DNA of 64,000 bases from Eukaryota sp. GEM-RC1 (taxonomy: Eukaryota). Of this stretch, positions 46,920 through 61,646 are shown piece by piece. The notes under the pieces were generated by a model. That model was not told the DNA's origin. It did no database searches and was given only the letters and a program-made list of their open reading frames with translations. The translations under genes and the position numbers were made by a program. Location of the stretch: contig JAUFOQ010000005.1 of assembly GCA_040285855.1 (NCBI GenBank), positions 2,480,001-2,544,000 of the forward strand. The letters are read 5' to 3'. How positions within the stretch are numbered: position 1 is the stretch's first letter; every line of letters begins with the position of its first letter.

Positions 46920-47928
46920 TAACAGTGATGTGGTCTATCAATGAGTTCCAAGAGCGTTAACACTGTTAGTGTTGATTTGATGACACTCCTCTTTGTTTAA
47001 CAAAATGTTCGCTAACTATTTGAGTCGTACCTCCTGCCTAGGATCGTTCTTGTTCAATAAACTAAGAACATTATGATTACAAAAATGAAGTCTTCCCTTA
47101 CATAAGAAGAGCATCCAATGATGGTCGTTTTTCATTCTAAATAGTGCCTTCAATATAACTGATTGGAGGTCCACGAACGTGTACTGAATACCTCCATCAG
47201 ATCACTTACTTGGTTGTACAACTGTGTAGAGTAGTACTCCATGTATCGTAAACACAATGTAGGACGTAAGGAATCTGAGATGGTGTATTTACCCTACCCC
47301 TAAAACTACCATAGAAATACCTGAACACAAAAAAGTCAGGACCAGAAACAATAAAATTAATTAATTATAAAAGGAATTCCAACTCATTGCAATTAGCTAT
47401 TAAAAAATCAATTCAATTAAAACCCACTTATCATGTGAAAACAACTCCCTCAACGAAATTATTCAACTCTATTCTGCCCAACTAAGTACAGAAGAAAAGT
47501 TCATTTGGTTCAAAGTAAGATGGTCTTTTTGTAATTGAAGAAGGTCTTTATAAACCACATGACACGTGTTTGATTGAAGAAACACTTTGACTGATTGATG
47601 AGCCGATTCAAAGAAACAACGGTAACCATATACAGACAAGATACTTTTACGGTTTTAATAGAGAGTACAATTCTTGCTTTAATGACGGAACGGAAGATGA
47701 AAGTCGCAATGTTGGCCATGGCCAACGTTAAGAGATGATTTTGAAGTACAAGCAAGTGAACAATTCATCAGAAGCATTAAAGACCGCTGCAAACGGAAGT
47801 ACTTGGAGAAAGAAGTAAGCAATGAGATCGAAGCAGACAGTCTATCAGAGTTAAATTGGAGGAGAGACTAGAAGAGGAGGAATCATTGAACAGATGGTAA
47901 GTTATCGTCAAATGAGCGACTACTCCAC

Positions 47929-47984
47929 AACAGAAAGTGGAGGGAGAACAGAAAGTGGAGGGAGAACAGAAAGTGGAGGGAGAA
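47929..47984. repeat. 18-bp tandem repeat x3
   Basis: (ACAGAAAGTGGAGGGAGA)3. Confidence 0.95.
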
Positions 47985-49036
47985 TCCCTCTGTTCATCAT
48001 CATCGATGAACCTTCCTTATGAAACGTAATCCTTTCATTCGAATGGAATCCTTTGAAGTCAATCTGTTCTTGCTTCCCACTCCACACACTTCAGATCTCT
48101 CTGGTTCTTAGAGTTTGGACTTAAGAAAAAACTCGAGAACCTCATCGACTTCTCCCATCTTCCCGTCGATTCTGACAACTTCTTCACTTTGCTTTGATCT
48201 TTTCCTTTCCGTACTTCTAGTTTTCAGATGTTCTTTGCAATCCTCCAACTCATTTCTCCTGTACTTTTGTTACCACTCGTTTTCCATCAAAGATTTTAGA
48301 AAGATTTGCTGTTATTTGAGTTACAGCACTTATTCTGATGAATCTTTCTTTGTCTGTGTCTCCTTATCAAACACTTGAAAATAATCTTCATCTCATCATT
48401 AAAACGATCTTTAAATCTGTCTTCGTTGTTTGGAGATCTATCAGTCTGACCACTTTAGCTTGTTTCAAGAACTGTCTGTACTTATGAGCTCTATATGTCT
48501 TGGGAGAAACTTGATGACGGCATCATGTTAAGAAATTCAGAGTAATGTGATGTTGGTGACGTCATCATGAACATGTTCCAAGTAGCTATACAATGTGATG
48601 TCATTCTCTAATTCTTCAATCAATTTACCATTTATCAAATCTTTAAATAGTGTTTATTAAGGAAATCAATTCATTTTTTTCATGTACAATTAAATTGATT
48701 ATTTGAGGAGTTTTCAGCACAATTTACATGCTGAGAGGAACTTTCATCATTTTTGATTGTTGTGAAATTGACAGAACAAGGTAAAATTTTTTTTACACAT
48801 TCCCAATCATACTACTTAAGCCCATTGTTGGTTATCACATCACTCTAGTCACGTGATCATGTGATCTCACACTGAAGTATAAATCACATTCATAATTTGT
48901 GGTCACAAATGACTATTTTTTACAAAAAATCTTTTATATCTTACAGATACATAAAGTCTAAAGACGTAAACAAACTATTTTTTGAATCAGACTAAAATTA
49001 GTTTTCAATTTTGAACAGTGGATCTCACTTCTGGTT

Positions 49037-49680
49037 AGGAGGGATAAGAAATATTGGATTGGCAATATATTGGTATTGGAAAACAGCTCACCAATCAATA
49101 CAGTATTGGCTCCAATATATTGGTCAATATTGCCAATATATAGATTGTATAGCTAATACACTTAAATTAAAGAAAGACATACTAATAGTACATAAAAGAT
49201 ATCAAATGCAAAAAGTATCTAAATTTTATCAAAAGTAATGCAACAATTTGTTACGAACAAATAGTCTAAACTCCATCTACATCAGTTGAGTGGAGTCAAC
49301 TTTCATCATCTTCAGACCAGTAGGATTGGCAAGCATTTCTAATAGTTTTCACATTCCAAAGACTTCGATTGTAGTGCAGCCATAACTATTGCTCAAGTCT
49401 TTATGACGTTTTTTATAAAATCGATTTTGGCCCATACAAAGCTTAATGCGAGAAAATAATCTTTCAACTTCAACAAGAAGTTAGGAATGAACTCTAAGTT
49501 TTTCATTTTCGGATCTCTCCACTCCCACGTTTCCAGATTTGCTAGTTGACTGCAGGGAAAGACCCCACAAACGACTTTGTTGTCAGGCATGTAAGGGAAG
49601 AACCAGTAAACTTGTTGTTTTATTAGAGACATATTGTATTGGCAATACTGGATTGGGAATTCAATATTTCACATCCTTTA
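49037..49680 (-). mobile_element. Internally deleted hAT-like element
   Basis: Imperfect inverted ends (GGAT..GAAATATTG), clustered CAATA/TATTG subterminal repeats, and an internal broken TSC..VERLFS dimerisation motif. Confidence 0.6.
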
Positions 49681-52600
49681 ATGATAAGACGGATTTTAAC
49701 TTACCCCCAAAACTCACATTTCCCAAAAACTTTCCATCTTTGTATTTAATAAACATTCTTCTTATGGGTATAGTTTATGATCATGTACTACAGGGAATAT
49801 ACACCTAAGTAAGATAAGACCTAAGTCTAAGATACACATCAGCCCAGACACTAAAGCACGGGCCGTAAGCTGTCTTAGTGCTGCAGACTTTTCATTCTCT
49901 TCATAAGCCACTTTAGTTGTGTTGTTATGCCAAACTGTTGCGTACAGTTTGGCATAACGAGATGTAACAACACCGCCTCTTTTTTAAACAACATAAAATC
50001 TTTGTTGGATTGTCGGTAAAGTGTATAGTTATATTCTTTGAAAATACTCTACACTGTCAGAATGGACAAATTCCTTGAGCTCTTCAGCTGTCGCAGTCAA
50101 CGTGATCTACTAGCAGTCAGCCTTTCGAAGTTCGTTGAGAATGGCAAGAAGAGTAAGGTAATCAGGAGTATCTGGTTGAAGAATACGATTCTGGAGACAT
50201 TGTTAAGAGTTTTCTTTCCCCTTTCAAATGGTGATAAGAGCCAACTGTCTTTGGATCTATTCAAGTCAATCATGAAAGAATGATTTGAAAATTTAGAGAT
50301 GGAGGTGTAAAGAATTACTGGGAGAAAATTGAAATTATCTACTTGAAGTGGAAAGCGCTGAAGGATACTTAATTTTCAGTTGGTTGTAATAATCAGGAGA
50401 TACTTCTTCAACTTCATTGGCATCAATTTCTAGTTCGTCGTATAAATCTGAATTACCAGAAGACTGATTAGAGTTCTGTACGGTACCCATGACAGAGCTG
50501 AAGTCGAAGAAATTTGTTGATGGTTGGTCCAAAAGTTGGTTGGTAGTGGGAGTGAAAGAAAAACTAAGACTGGGAGTTAACCCATTTATAAGCACAATTA
50601 ACTGGGGGCTCTGCGGAATAATTCTTGTTCAATGCTTACTACCATACTTCACTGGTTTTGTGTTTTCTTAGTTAAATAGGTTGGTTTTCGTTCTTTTTTT
50701 TTGAAGAAAACCAACCCATTTAGATTTTAGAAAAACTAAGAATCTCAAATGAAAAGCACGTTATGCGAAAGTACTCATTTTCCCCACATAAAGTCGTATT
50801 TGATGTTTGTTCTCGACAAATAATAAGCAATTTCCAGCAGTGCAAAGGTCTGCAAAGGTCTCCCACGCTTCGTCCTTTGGTATTTAACTGGGATTTAAAT
50901 CTTTGAGTTCATTAATGGCAATTGTCTGTTCTTTTCCATTGATGATAAAACCCAAACACTGCTTGAAACTCACTCACAAGAAAAGCAGGAGCCTTCTCTG
51001 TTTCTTTCTTGCTCAATTCCCAAGGGTTAGACTTGCTTTGAAAATGAATTTTTGGAAAGAATTGGGGACACGAATTGCATAGTATTATCTTGAGGTGCTG
51101 AAGACTCAACTCTTTGGTAGTTATTCCACAACGTCATTCTTGGCATTGAAAAATGAAGATTGGTATCTACTCTGCTTCTTGCCTTTACCGAGTGGCGAAA
51201 TTGAGCACACTGATAATCGACCTGCTCCAAACGAGTTGAGCTGAAAGAAGACCAATCACGATCAACAGTTTTGGTAGGTGCCACCTGAAATTACCGTTGT
51301 TGGGAAAAAGCTTCGACGAAACCTACATTATCAACATAATGTTACACATGTTTACTAATTCTCCCTGTTGAAACCTTAAGGTAAGACTTTAGTACCGATT
51401 CTACCTTTGAAGTAACTCCTTCAAGGGTAAATCTTGTCCAAGCTTTTGAAAAACGGTGTACCCAGCTATCAATTAGATAACAACCAAAACACTTGTTGAA
51501 ATCACAATGATGAAGAGCCAAGAAAGAAGTGAGGTGAAAGGTGGTACGCTACGAGAATTTATGGTACATTCAATGGTACATTATTGTAGAGTCTGTATTT
51601 ATTGTTTATTTGGTTGCTGTTTATGGGCTGATGTTTGTTTAGTATGAGGTCTTGAATAAATGCGATGTTCAACAATACATGATTACAACTTTCCAAGTTA
51701 AATATACCAAACATAAACTATTATGAAGGTAAAATTCAAACAACCGAAAGCGAAACGGAAGCATTTGTTAAGTTTTCTGCTTTTTGTCCAGGTTCCTTTA
51801 CCGAACAGTGTTCCAACCATCTTACAGGTTGGGATTTCTTGAGAAGTTTCAAGAGGACATACAAAGACTTCGTCATGATATCAGGTTTCACAACAGAATT
51901 TCGTTGTTCGTTCGAAACTTCAAATTCGATCTTACAAGGACAGAAAAAAAAGTTGTCATTGGCACCATTATATACGGTATCATCGAAGTCATTTACAACA
52001 TTACAAATTGAATTGAAACTTTACGATCATGATTTTTTATCAACAGATTACTCCAGCACCATTTTTGAAAAACTGATACAACTTTTGCAACAAAAAGTAT
52101 TATTTGAATCTAAGGAAATACCAAATTTAAGATATTTTTCAGTGTTGCGCCATAACCAAAAAATAATATTTGCACTGAACTGGTAACACTCTAGAAAACT
52201 AACTTCAATTGAACAATCAGAAATCTTACAAATTCAGTTAAAAAAGAATGGTAAAGGTAATCTATACGAAAGGACACCAGAAAGGACATTTGAACTGATC
52301 CTTCTGTTGTCATTAAAATGTTTGACTGTATTCGAGTAAAGATATTTTTATTCTTTATGTATGTAAGAAACTGATAACCTAAAACAAAACTGTCAAAGAC
52401 ATACAACAAAAAATCCAATAATTGCAATACTCTTTGAATTAAGCAGAGGTTTCATCTCTCATCCTTAAGATGCCATTTTGTAAGGTATAAGCTTCATGAA
52501 TGTGTGATCATATTCAAATCTTGTACTGTAGATGATTAATGTATTTTTTAAGTTATTCCTTATTTGTATCATTTATCAAGAATTGAAAAAATAAAGTGTA

Positions 52601-53709
52601 TGTGAGTAATTCTGTTGAATAAACTTAACCGCTTAGCGTTGATGTGTCGTTGTAAGTACGTACCATACTGTCGAGGTCCCAATACAAGCAACCTTAAATA
52701 CTATACAAACATACCCTTTACTATGCTTGTATTGGAACTTTGCTTGTATTAGGGTCCTTTAAATCCCTCTTTGTATAGTCAATGTATATTCTTATTAAGT
52801 ATTCCATTGATTTTTCTAGAACTCTAATTCCCCGATTACAAACTTCAGACGGTCAGAATTTCCAGCAATTGCTGGAATTGTGTCCTCCGTATAACTAGAA
52901 TCAGTCCTCTATAATTGCACAATACACATGCACATACACATCAAAAAAACTATTTCTAATTGCAAAACTTCTGTCTCGAGAAAACTAGACATTATCAACG
53001 CAACAATGTGTTGTATTACGAAAACACTCTATGACAGTACTGAAAGGCTATTTGTCTTTGTATTAAAGAATATTAGTGTTATACACTGATATTCAGTGGA
53101 TAACAGACTCTTCTAGAAAACGACATCATCAAAGAGCTAACACTTTGGATGTGCTTGCAATATGTTGTTTGCAAAAGCAGTTTATTCGACAGTAATTCGA
53201 CAAAAGTATGAAACATCACTGAATGTAACAAAAGAAAGAATTGACAAAGAAATTTCGGATATGTCTTACTGAGGTTTTAGCTTTTAACTCTTTTTTTCTT
53301 CGAAATTTCATTTGTTGGAGACTACTTTGATTATATTAAGGGAAACAATACAATCATACCCTCTTCTATGCTTGTACTAGCTTTTTTTCCTCGACGATAC
53401 TATTATTTCTCAAAAACAACTTATCATTTGAAATCATTCGTCACGTGACACTTCTGTATGTAGTGTTCTTATGTTTGTGCTCTGCGTCAGTGAAATCGAA
53501 AGCAAATGTTGTCTGGAACAATTGAAAACGTGAGAAATTGATATGTGAGGAAGAAGCCGCCAAAAAAAAGCAGCCTGACGAGAAGAGAAGGAAAACCCAC
53601 AAAACAGGGCTTATGAAAACCGCATTAGGTAAAACAAGAACTGGTAAAACTCCCTTTCCCTTCTGAAGGGAAAGGGAGTGCTCAATTAAAGAAGTGTTAA
53701 GATACACCA

Positions 53710-54152
53710 TGGAAGAAACTGTTGAAACTGTAGCAACAGACTGGCGGAAACGTGATCAGAATTTCAACAGGTATCCACGACTATCGGCATGTGCTAAGAA
53801 CTATATGACAGCACAAGCTTCATCAGTACCAAGTGAAGTCATTTTCTCAGGCAGGGTGTGTTGTTAAAAAGTTACGAGCTTCCTTGAGTGGTGATTCTAT
53901 TGAAGCAGTCCTTTGTTGGAAATCATGGTTCAAATGTCGGGCGATGAGACAGTTGTTCATGAATCAGAGATAGAGTTAGTGAATGTTATGTTCATAAATT
54001 AAAGTGTCACTGTACTAGGGGAGTTGGGAGAATTTGTTGGGAGTGGGAGTGGGAGTCTCACCTATGACAAGTGGGAGGTGGGAGTGGTAGTGGGAGAACA
54101 CGATACTAGTAGCGTGTTGGAAGTGGGAGAAACAATTGGCATCACCAACGCT
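53710..54152 (+). mobile_element. hAT transposase C-terminal dimerisation domain relic with subterminal GTGGGAG repeats
   Basis: YPRLSACAKNYMTAQASSVPSEVIFS..LRASLSGDSIEA..KSW. Confidence 0.8.
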
Positions 54153-54229
54153 TAGATAGAACAACTTCATCTCTAATTTACCAATGTCGTCTTTTACTCT
54201 TGAACTTTTGCGTATTTCCTGTAGATAAC

Positions 54230-54830
54230 AAGCGTTCCTGATATCGTATACGTCATCATACTCATACCCTCTTTCAAGAAGTCTCGCGGTTCGTTACTCA
54301 CGTTCTCTTCTAGATATCATTTGCTCTTCGAGATCCTAGTCCGATCCCATCTCCTCTAATTTGTCAGCTCTTGCTGCCGCCAAGAGTCGGTTCTTTGAAC
54401 TCCACAAAAGAAAGATCTTTCTCCTCCTCTTTTGGAACTAAACTTTAGTCTCAATGTCAGATTCTGAACCGGATCCTATGATTAATTCACCTTTGAATTG
54501 AATCATAGGATCCAGGTGGATGAGTATCCTTCATCTTCTTCAGACGATGTTTCATTTGTTAAATTTATTTAGTATTTATTTTAAAGATGTGAGTTTCTGT
54601 GTTTTTACTGTGATCTGCAATCACTATTGTAAAATTTTAAATTTGATCAATCACTGTAAGACTTCAAAGATGGTGAAAGTACATTTCAGCATTGTTTTGT
54701 CCACTTTGTACAATTTCTGTTTATATTACTTTACATTTTGTTTAATCTCCTTATTTATGAATTACAACTGTAAATTAAAAGATTTCTCTTTATCATTTTT
54801 ATGGTCACTAATTGTACGACTACTTATTGG
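54230..54830 (+). repeat. Dispersed repeat, uninterrupted copy (empty site for the 61530 transposon)
   Basis: Similar to about 60905-61529 plus 63880-64000; near-identical over 54575-54712. Confidence 0.85.
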
Positions 54831-57800
54831 ACGAGATTCAGTAAGATGAACTTTCAACGAAGACATTGGGAAGATCTTATAAAAACAATCCAGTCATTGT
54901 TGAAACCACGTAGTTTACTAGTTGATGACGTGATGTGATTTCTTTGAAGAATAATACTACTTAGTTCCTGATCTATATTTGCCTAAGTTTATCGTTTTTT
55001 CATGAGTTTCCTCAGACTGTTTTTTCCAAAAAACAGTCTGTTCAGCAACCGTTATCAAAGGGAATTGACTAGGCTTATCAGTGACTGACTGATAAACCTC
55101 GCCTGAGTGTATGAACTCATTAATGTCGGACACAGACTGTGTGGACAAACGAGGTAGTTGAGTAGACGGGATCATTGGGACAACAATAGTTATTATTATT
55201 GCTATCACCAATGGTATGAATATAAGCTTGTTTATTGACAAAGAAGATTTACTGACAGGTCGATATTCGCCAACAAATCGAACAGCTAAAGTGATTTCTG
55301 TCTACACACTTGTTCAACTTTACACCTGCATTCGACGAACTTCTTGTACTACTCTTGGTTCAACTTGAAACCTTTTATCTATTTTTTATCTATTTATCTA
55401 TTTGTCTGAAGAATTAGTTTAGTGTCGTCACTACAACATATCAGAAGGTTGTTCCAAAAGATTAAAATCTCAAGTTATCAAGAACTGATGCAGTGTTAAA
55501 GGCAGTTTGGTATTATCATCTTCCAAATCGAAAACAATTTATTTAAAATTGATTGCTTCGTCGTACATATGATGATTCATTCCTCCTCTTGGTTTCAGGC
55601 ACGCCATTACTCATTACAGTACTCATTAAAGTTAGAGGTTGTTTACAGCGAGCAGACGCTCACAGACAATGAAATTGGTATAAACACTTGTCACTACATC
55701 TTTTAAAGGTGAACGTTCTTCGAAAGACTCTCAAAAATCTTCTTATTGATAACGAAGGCAATCAATCCTCTTACATCGTTTACCAATTCTTTAATTAATT
55801 CTTTGCATTTCTTTGCTTCTTCCCTTCATTATGAGATCTAATGTATGGATGCTACAAGGAGAGTAAATCACATGTCTGTATTCCCTTCCTTGATCTTTTT
55901 AGAACTAGTGCTGAACTAATATTGATGGTTGTGATATCGATTACAATAATTTTTTTCTGAACTTTAAATGACTGGTAAACGTTAATGGCTTCTCCAAGCG
56001 ATCATTCGGAGCATCAATCGGATCTCAATTTGTTCTAAACGAGATGACGTGAAAGATGTCAAATCTCGGTAAAAGGTGTTTGCTTGAAGATGAAATTTTT
56101 CTTTTCCGAGATGTTGGTTAGATTTCTGTCTAAAGTTCTCTGTTTCAAGGAAACCATTTCGGTTGCGTCTGAGGGCCAACCTTGACAATCTAGGAAATGT
56201 TTCTGAGTGAAGCGAAAAGTGTATCAGCAACTAATTCTATGTGGCACAAATCAAGTCTGGTTATGTTCCTAAAAAAATTGTTGACTCAAACTATCTTTTA
56301 CTGAGGACGTTGATCACGGGGGATGCGCTTGAACGTTCTTACAGGATATTCTGCTGGTACGTTTCCTTACCTTGAGGGAGAAAGGAGCTATCTAAGAGTC
56401 CGAATGGGTGGAATTAGGTTGGCACTATCAGAGTGGGTTAGAGAAGAGTAACAACTAGAGGATATTCGTAAAGATTATGTTAAAACTGAAGTGCAATACA
56501 ACAATAGAGAGATTTATATTATAGTGAGGTAATAAATATATTGGATTATATTTTTCGATAGCCCTGAGCCAATCCTTCATTGATCGTCAGGAGGATCATC
56601 AGAATTTGTAATTGAAGAGAGCGTTTGTGTGATTGAGTTGCAGTGTTCAACAGTGTGAACGTGTTGTTCTTGATAAAACAAATGCTCTTCCATACTTCTT
56701 AATGATGTATAAGAATCGATCAGATATATGTTACATAGGTTTCTCTACAAAGTTTGTTCCGAATAATGCCCTTTTCAGTAGCTCAAAAATCTTTTTTATT
56801 TGCTCAGCTTGTTCTATTGAAGCAAGTTCTAGATGATATGCCAGTCCCGCAAAAAAAATCAAGCAGTTGGTGAACCTGTACTATGTTGTTTCAAAATACA
56901 CAGAATACATGTATTCTGTATTTCCCATCAATGTTGTGAAGTACAGTAGTGTTTAGTAATTTATACACTACTGTTGTTTATGTACAGTATTTTAGAATTA
57001 TATTCTCTATAAATCTTCTCTTCTTGATTCTCAGTGCCTTTCGACATCAATAATTATTGGCCCAAACTGGTAATCTGATTTTCGAACTATACTGACCCTA
57101 GACTAATAAACGTTAACAATATTGAATATTTGGGAGGACGTTAAATGAACAGGCCAAAGAACTCTACCAAGGCTGACAGTAACAACAGCGAAAAGTACTC
57201 TTTTCCACCATTTCTTGAATCAAATGAAAATTAAAGAACAGTTCCTTTATCCAGCAAGTCTGAAAATTGTGATTTCAAACGGTGGTAAACACAATTATGA
57301 AACAATATCTATTCATAGAGCACTTCTATATAACACAAGAGTGCTCTGGCCAAACCGGATTTACCTGGTTTTCAAGTCTATATTACAGTTTCAGTTTCTC
57401 AGAACGTGTTTAAAGCTAAACTGTTAACCGATACCCCTCAACAAAACCAAAGTCTCACTGCCGATGATGTGAAAGATATTTCTAAGAACTACAAAGCCCG
57501 AGATGGATACTGTGATATCTGGGCTGATCTTGTTAATAAGATAAAAGCAACATCATTTGTGGTGCCAATAGATCTTAGACTTAGAAACGCTGCAAGCTCT
57601 TTGCATTGGTCTAAGCTCAGTATTGGGAAGGTGCCTAGGAAGGTGAGATCTGGATATATCCAACTACCATACCTAAATTTTTACAATCGTTCGGTGCATG
57701 TAGATGTCATTCGGGTCAAATTTGTTACATCTACCAAAAAACTGATGTTTCAATTTCCTGACGACCATTACTGTCTCCAACATTTTCTTATTAAAAAAAA

Positions 57801-57889
57801 ATAAAAAAGATTTTTCGTATTGAAGCTCGCTTTTTAGGAGGACGATCAAATTTGAAGAATTTCGCAAAGCTGGTCAAATGGGCTGAGGT

Positions 57890-58900
57890 CATTGTTCATT
57901 TCATTATGTTCATTACTGCATTCTCGTCCTAATAGTTTTAGTATAATTTCAACTGATATTAAGAATGTCTTCAACTGTTTAGATAGGGGAGGCTATGTTA
58001 AATTCTGTTCAAAAATTTCCTTTTTATTACCTTTTTTCTTTTGGAGTTATGAGCCATCTTCTGATTTGTTTTTTGATGACAAGTTTCTTTCGTCTTCCCA
58101 GGGGATACGTCGGGGGATCCTCTTGGTCCTTTTATTTATTCCCTCCTTGCAATTTATTTTTTAAATTTTAAAAATTTTGACCAAGACTGTAACTGTTTCT
58201 GTTTGTGATGATTTTGTGGCTCTTGGTTGTCCTGTTGGATCTCCTTCTTTTGAAAGAAGTGTGTTGACTTCTAAATGTCGTGATCTTTTACCTCTTTTGA
58301 CTCAGTAACTGGTTTGCCTCTTCAATACAAATTGTTGCTAGTTAGGTACTGTATTAACTCAAAACTTATGTATTGGACTCGTACAGTTCCATCTGATTCT
58401 TCAAGACCCCGTTTTTCCTCCTTTAATGATGAACTTATTTCAGTTATGTTGAGTACTCTTTCTCTTGATATTAAATTTCCTGAACTTCTTTCTTTTCCTG
58501 TTTCTCTTGGTGGTTTCGGCTTTTATGATCAGCGAATCATTTCCTGACTTTACCCGTTCACGAGGAAAGTTTTATAACATTTTGTTCTAAGAATAGAGAA
58601 ACATCACTCTTTTCCGACGCAGAACAGATCATTGATGCTTTGTCAGGAATTTTACTTAGATTGACTCCCACTAATCAGGTCAATAGCTTCTCTAATAATT
58701 ACTTTAAAATTATTCTTAAAAGTAGGCTGCTGCTCCCTCTAACAGTTCTCAACACAGACAACAAGTGCCTGGTCTGCTTAGAAAAGTGTTCTCATGTTTT
58801 CCACGCTATGAATTGCCGGTCAACCAACAAACTTCGAAGCCAACTCCACAATAAAGTTCTCGCTTTATTATCCAATAATAATAACAGCCGCTTTGATGCG
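57890..58900 (+). mobile_element. Degenerate CRE-like non-LTR retrotransposon, third family
   Basis: TDIKNVFN, QGIRRG(DPL), RTVP, LGGFG, CLVC..HAMNC..LHN fragments. Confidence 0.75.
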
Positions 58901-61646
58901 TGTTATAACAATTTAGTTTCTTCTGCTCTTTATCCTGCATCTTGTCTTTCTTGTGCTTCTTCGCTTTTTTAAAAAAACACCGGTATCAACACTTCAACTT
59001 GGGTAAGTGCCCAGATCACTTCGTTTCAACGAACACTTCAATTTCGTTTCTTTCCAAGTTCAGTTTATGTATCTGCCCCATTGATGGTTGCAAAACTATC
59101 ATTACTAAATCTGGCATTTCTGCTCGTATTGACGGGATGCACAGAGATATTCCAGAAGGAGACCAGTATTCTTATAAAAATTTTAAAAATTCAGATTCTT
59201 TTCCTTCCAAATCTTTATCGGTTCCAAACTTTTTCGCTTTATGATAATGTTTATCCCAAAACACAGAATTTGATTGAAAAGTTACAATTTGATTAATATT
59301 TGAGGAAAACATGATGGTTTTGACCTCATCATTTGTAATCAACACGGTTGTTATGATGACGTTCTTAGGTTTGTCTTGAACAAAATCTTCAAAGAACATG
59401 TTTTTTTGAAAACTCAGCTTCCTCAAAATTCGACAAAGACTTTTTTCAAGATTGTATATTAGTCAACTCAAAAATGATATATAATAGTAACAGCAAATGT
59501 TGAACAAAACAGCATGATAAAAATTACTTTTAACATTGAAACTAACAAAGGATTTTGTAAATGAATTGAAACCATCAGCTGCAGTAAAACTTTATTTAAA
59601 GTCAATTGAGTAGCACAAATACAATATGCTGTACTTGTTGCTTTCTGGATAGCCTTCAGTTACTTAGAATGTCAGTTAAGTTATAAAATTGTACTTTCAT
59701 TAAAGAAATTAAGATTTTAATGACAAATGCTTTTAGGAGAAAACTCATGGAAAACACGTAAAACAATCATTATGAAATCGAAATAGATGTTAAACAAACA
59801 AAAAAAACATCTTTCTTGAGACCGTGATAAACAAGCGACTAATAAGTGAAGAATTTTGAACTGATGATATACAAAAGAGTTCAAATATTAAAAAAAAGGT
59901 GAATATTCAGATTTGAGACAAGTGTAACACTGTATCAAAAAGCACATTGATTGGCAACTCTGAAGAGAAAACACTAGGAGGAAATGTATGAAGAGGAATG
60001 TTGTACTTTAAGCCCATTTTCAAAAGCCATGTACCAATGGCGTATGGAAAATGACATTCGAGCATATGGTTATGGCAATGTTTTGATAGTATAACCACCA
60101 ATGACTAACCGTAAGTAATATGCTTTATCAACACGTGTCAACACGTCACAGCCACAAAACTGAAATACAGTTTTGGCGTATGGAAGTTATGGCAGCCATG
60201 GTACAGTACAGCAATGAGACAATATAAGTGTGAGACGTTCGTCAGTAAGAAAGACGATGACGTGATGATGACGTGAGAGGGAGAGTGGTATCGGTTAAAG
60301 GAATCTTAGCTAGCAGTGGCAGTCGTGGAGTAGATGTTAGCGACCCTGTTGATGAAAATAATTACTTGCGGAAGTAGTTAGAGGTGGAGAAACGAAGAAG
60401 AAACAAACAGTCTGTTTAATATCACATTGAGATGACTTTCAAGGATAGAAAGTGATGAAAGTGACCAACTTTTGTTTCAAAAAGATTGCAGAGTTCAACT
60501 TTAGATTGAATGGTCCTATATCCAATAGAAGGTGTATGTGAGCCGAGATGGAATCTTGTGGAATGTATTATAGAGATAGAAGTACTCCCTCTAGAGATAT
60601 TGATAGAGGGAGTCGCGCGAGAGCATTGTTTAGGACGAAGGGACCTAGACTGACTTTAACAACGGCGAATACCAGGATTGGGGGGGGTCGGGGGGGGTTG
60701 GAAGAGATGGAAGTTTGTTCATCCTGGTCTCTTCTTCATCACTACTTTTACTCTAATACTACCTCAGCTGTATCACGTAAAACGCCGTTCTAGAAGGACC
60801 AGAATGGTCTAACTTCCGTTACTCGCGGAACCTCGCTATTTTACATCGTGACGAAAGAATCTTGATCTGGGAAATAGTTCCAAATAGTTCCAGTAGATCA
60901 AGAGTGTTACAGATATCGTAAACGTCATCATACCTTCTTTCAAGTGTCGTGGTTCCTTGCTCACGTCATCTTCTGTCATTATCACGTGATAGACTCTTAG
61001 AACTACAATCAAAAGAAAGATCTTGAAATCTTGTCCTGTTCTCCACTTTTATAAGGACTAAAACTCTCATCTGAACTCGATGCTCGAAATTATTTGAAGA
61101 GAGAATCTTTGAAGAGAAACTGTGGAATGTATTAGATTCATTGTTGTTGTCAAGAATGTTTGCGCCTCAATCTCGCATATGAGAATCAATGAGGGAAATT
61201 ATACTTCTTTTCCATTCTGACCCTGTCCATTAGGAGGTTAGAATTCTAGATGTAGTCATTGTCACAGCTTCAATGATGACGTGATCAATTTCTTGCAGTT
61301 TTCATCTATACAATTACTCAATTCTAAAGTAAAGTGTACAATCATTCAGTGATATACTTGAACATTTTTACCGGTTGATTGAAGGAAAATTTATTTACTA
61401 TTTATTTTAAAGATGTGAGTTTCTGTGTTTTTACTGTGATCTGCAATCACTATTGAAAAATTTTAAATTTGATCAATCTCTTTAAGACTTCAAAGATGAT
61501 GAAAGTACATTTCAGCATTGTTTTGTCCACAGTGGAATTCTTCCAGGATGCATATTTCCCATTTCGGGAATTTCCCCCTTAAAAACATCCCCCCCTTTTT
61601 TTGCAAAGTCTTAAACTCCCCTTCTTTGATGGGGTATACCTTCACG

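Noticed and set aside
51027..56230. Two minus-strand fragments sharing RD..SF.S.RLEQ (51027-51284, 55982-56230)
   Set aside because: Probably relics of one repeat family, but too short and degenerate to assign.
38000..61500. Short ORF-track entries in the host region as real genes
   Set aside because: Low-information translations with non-ATG starts or repeat-derived sequence; no recognisable host gene, though spliced genes cannot be excluded by eye.
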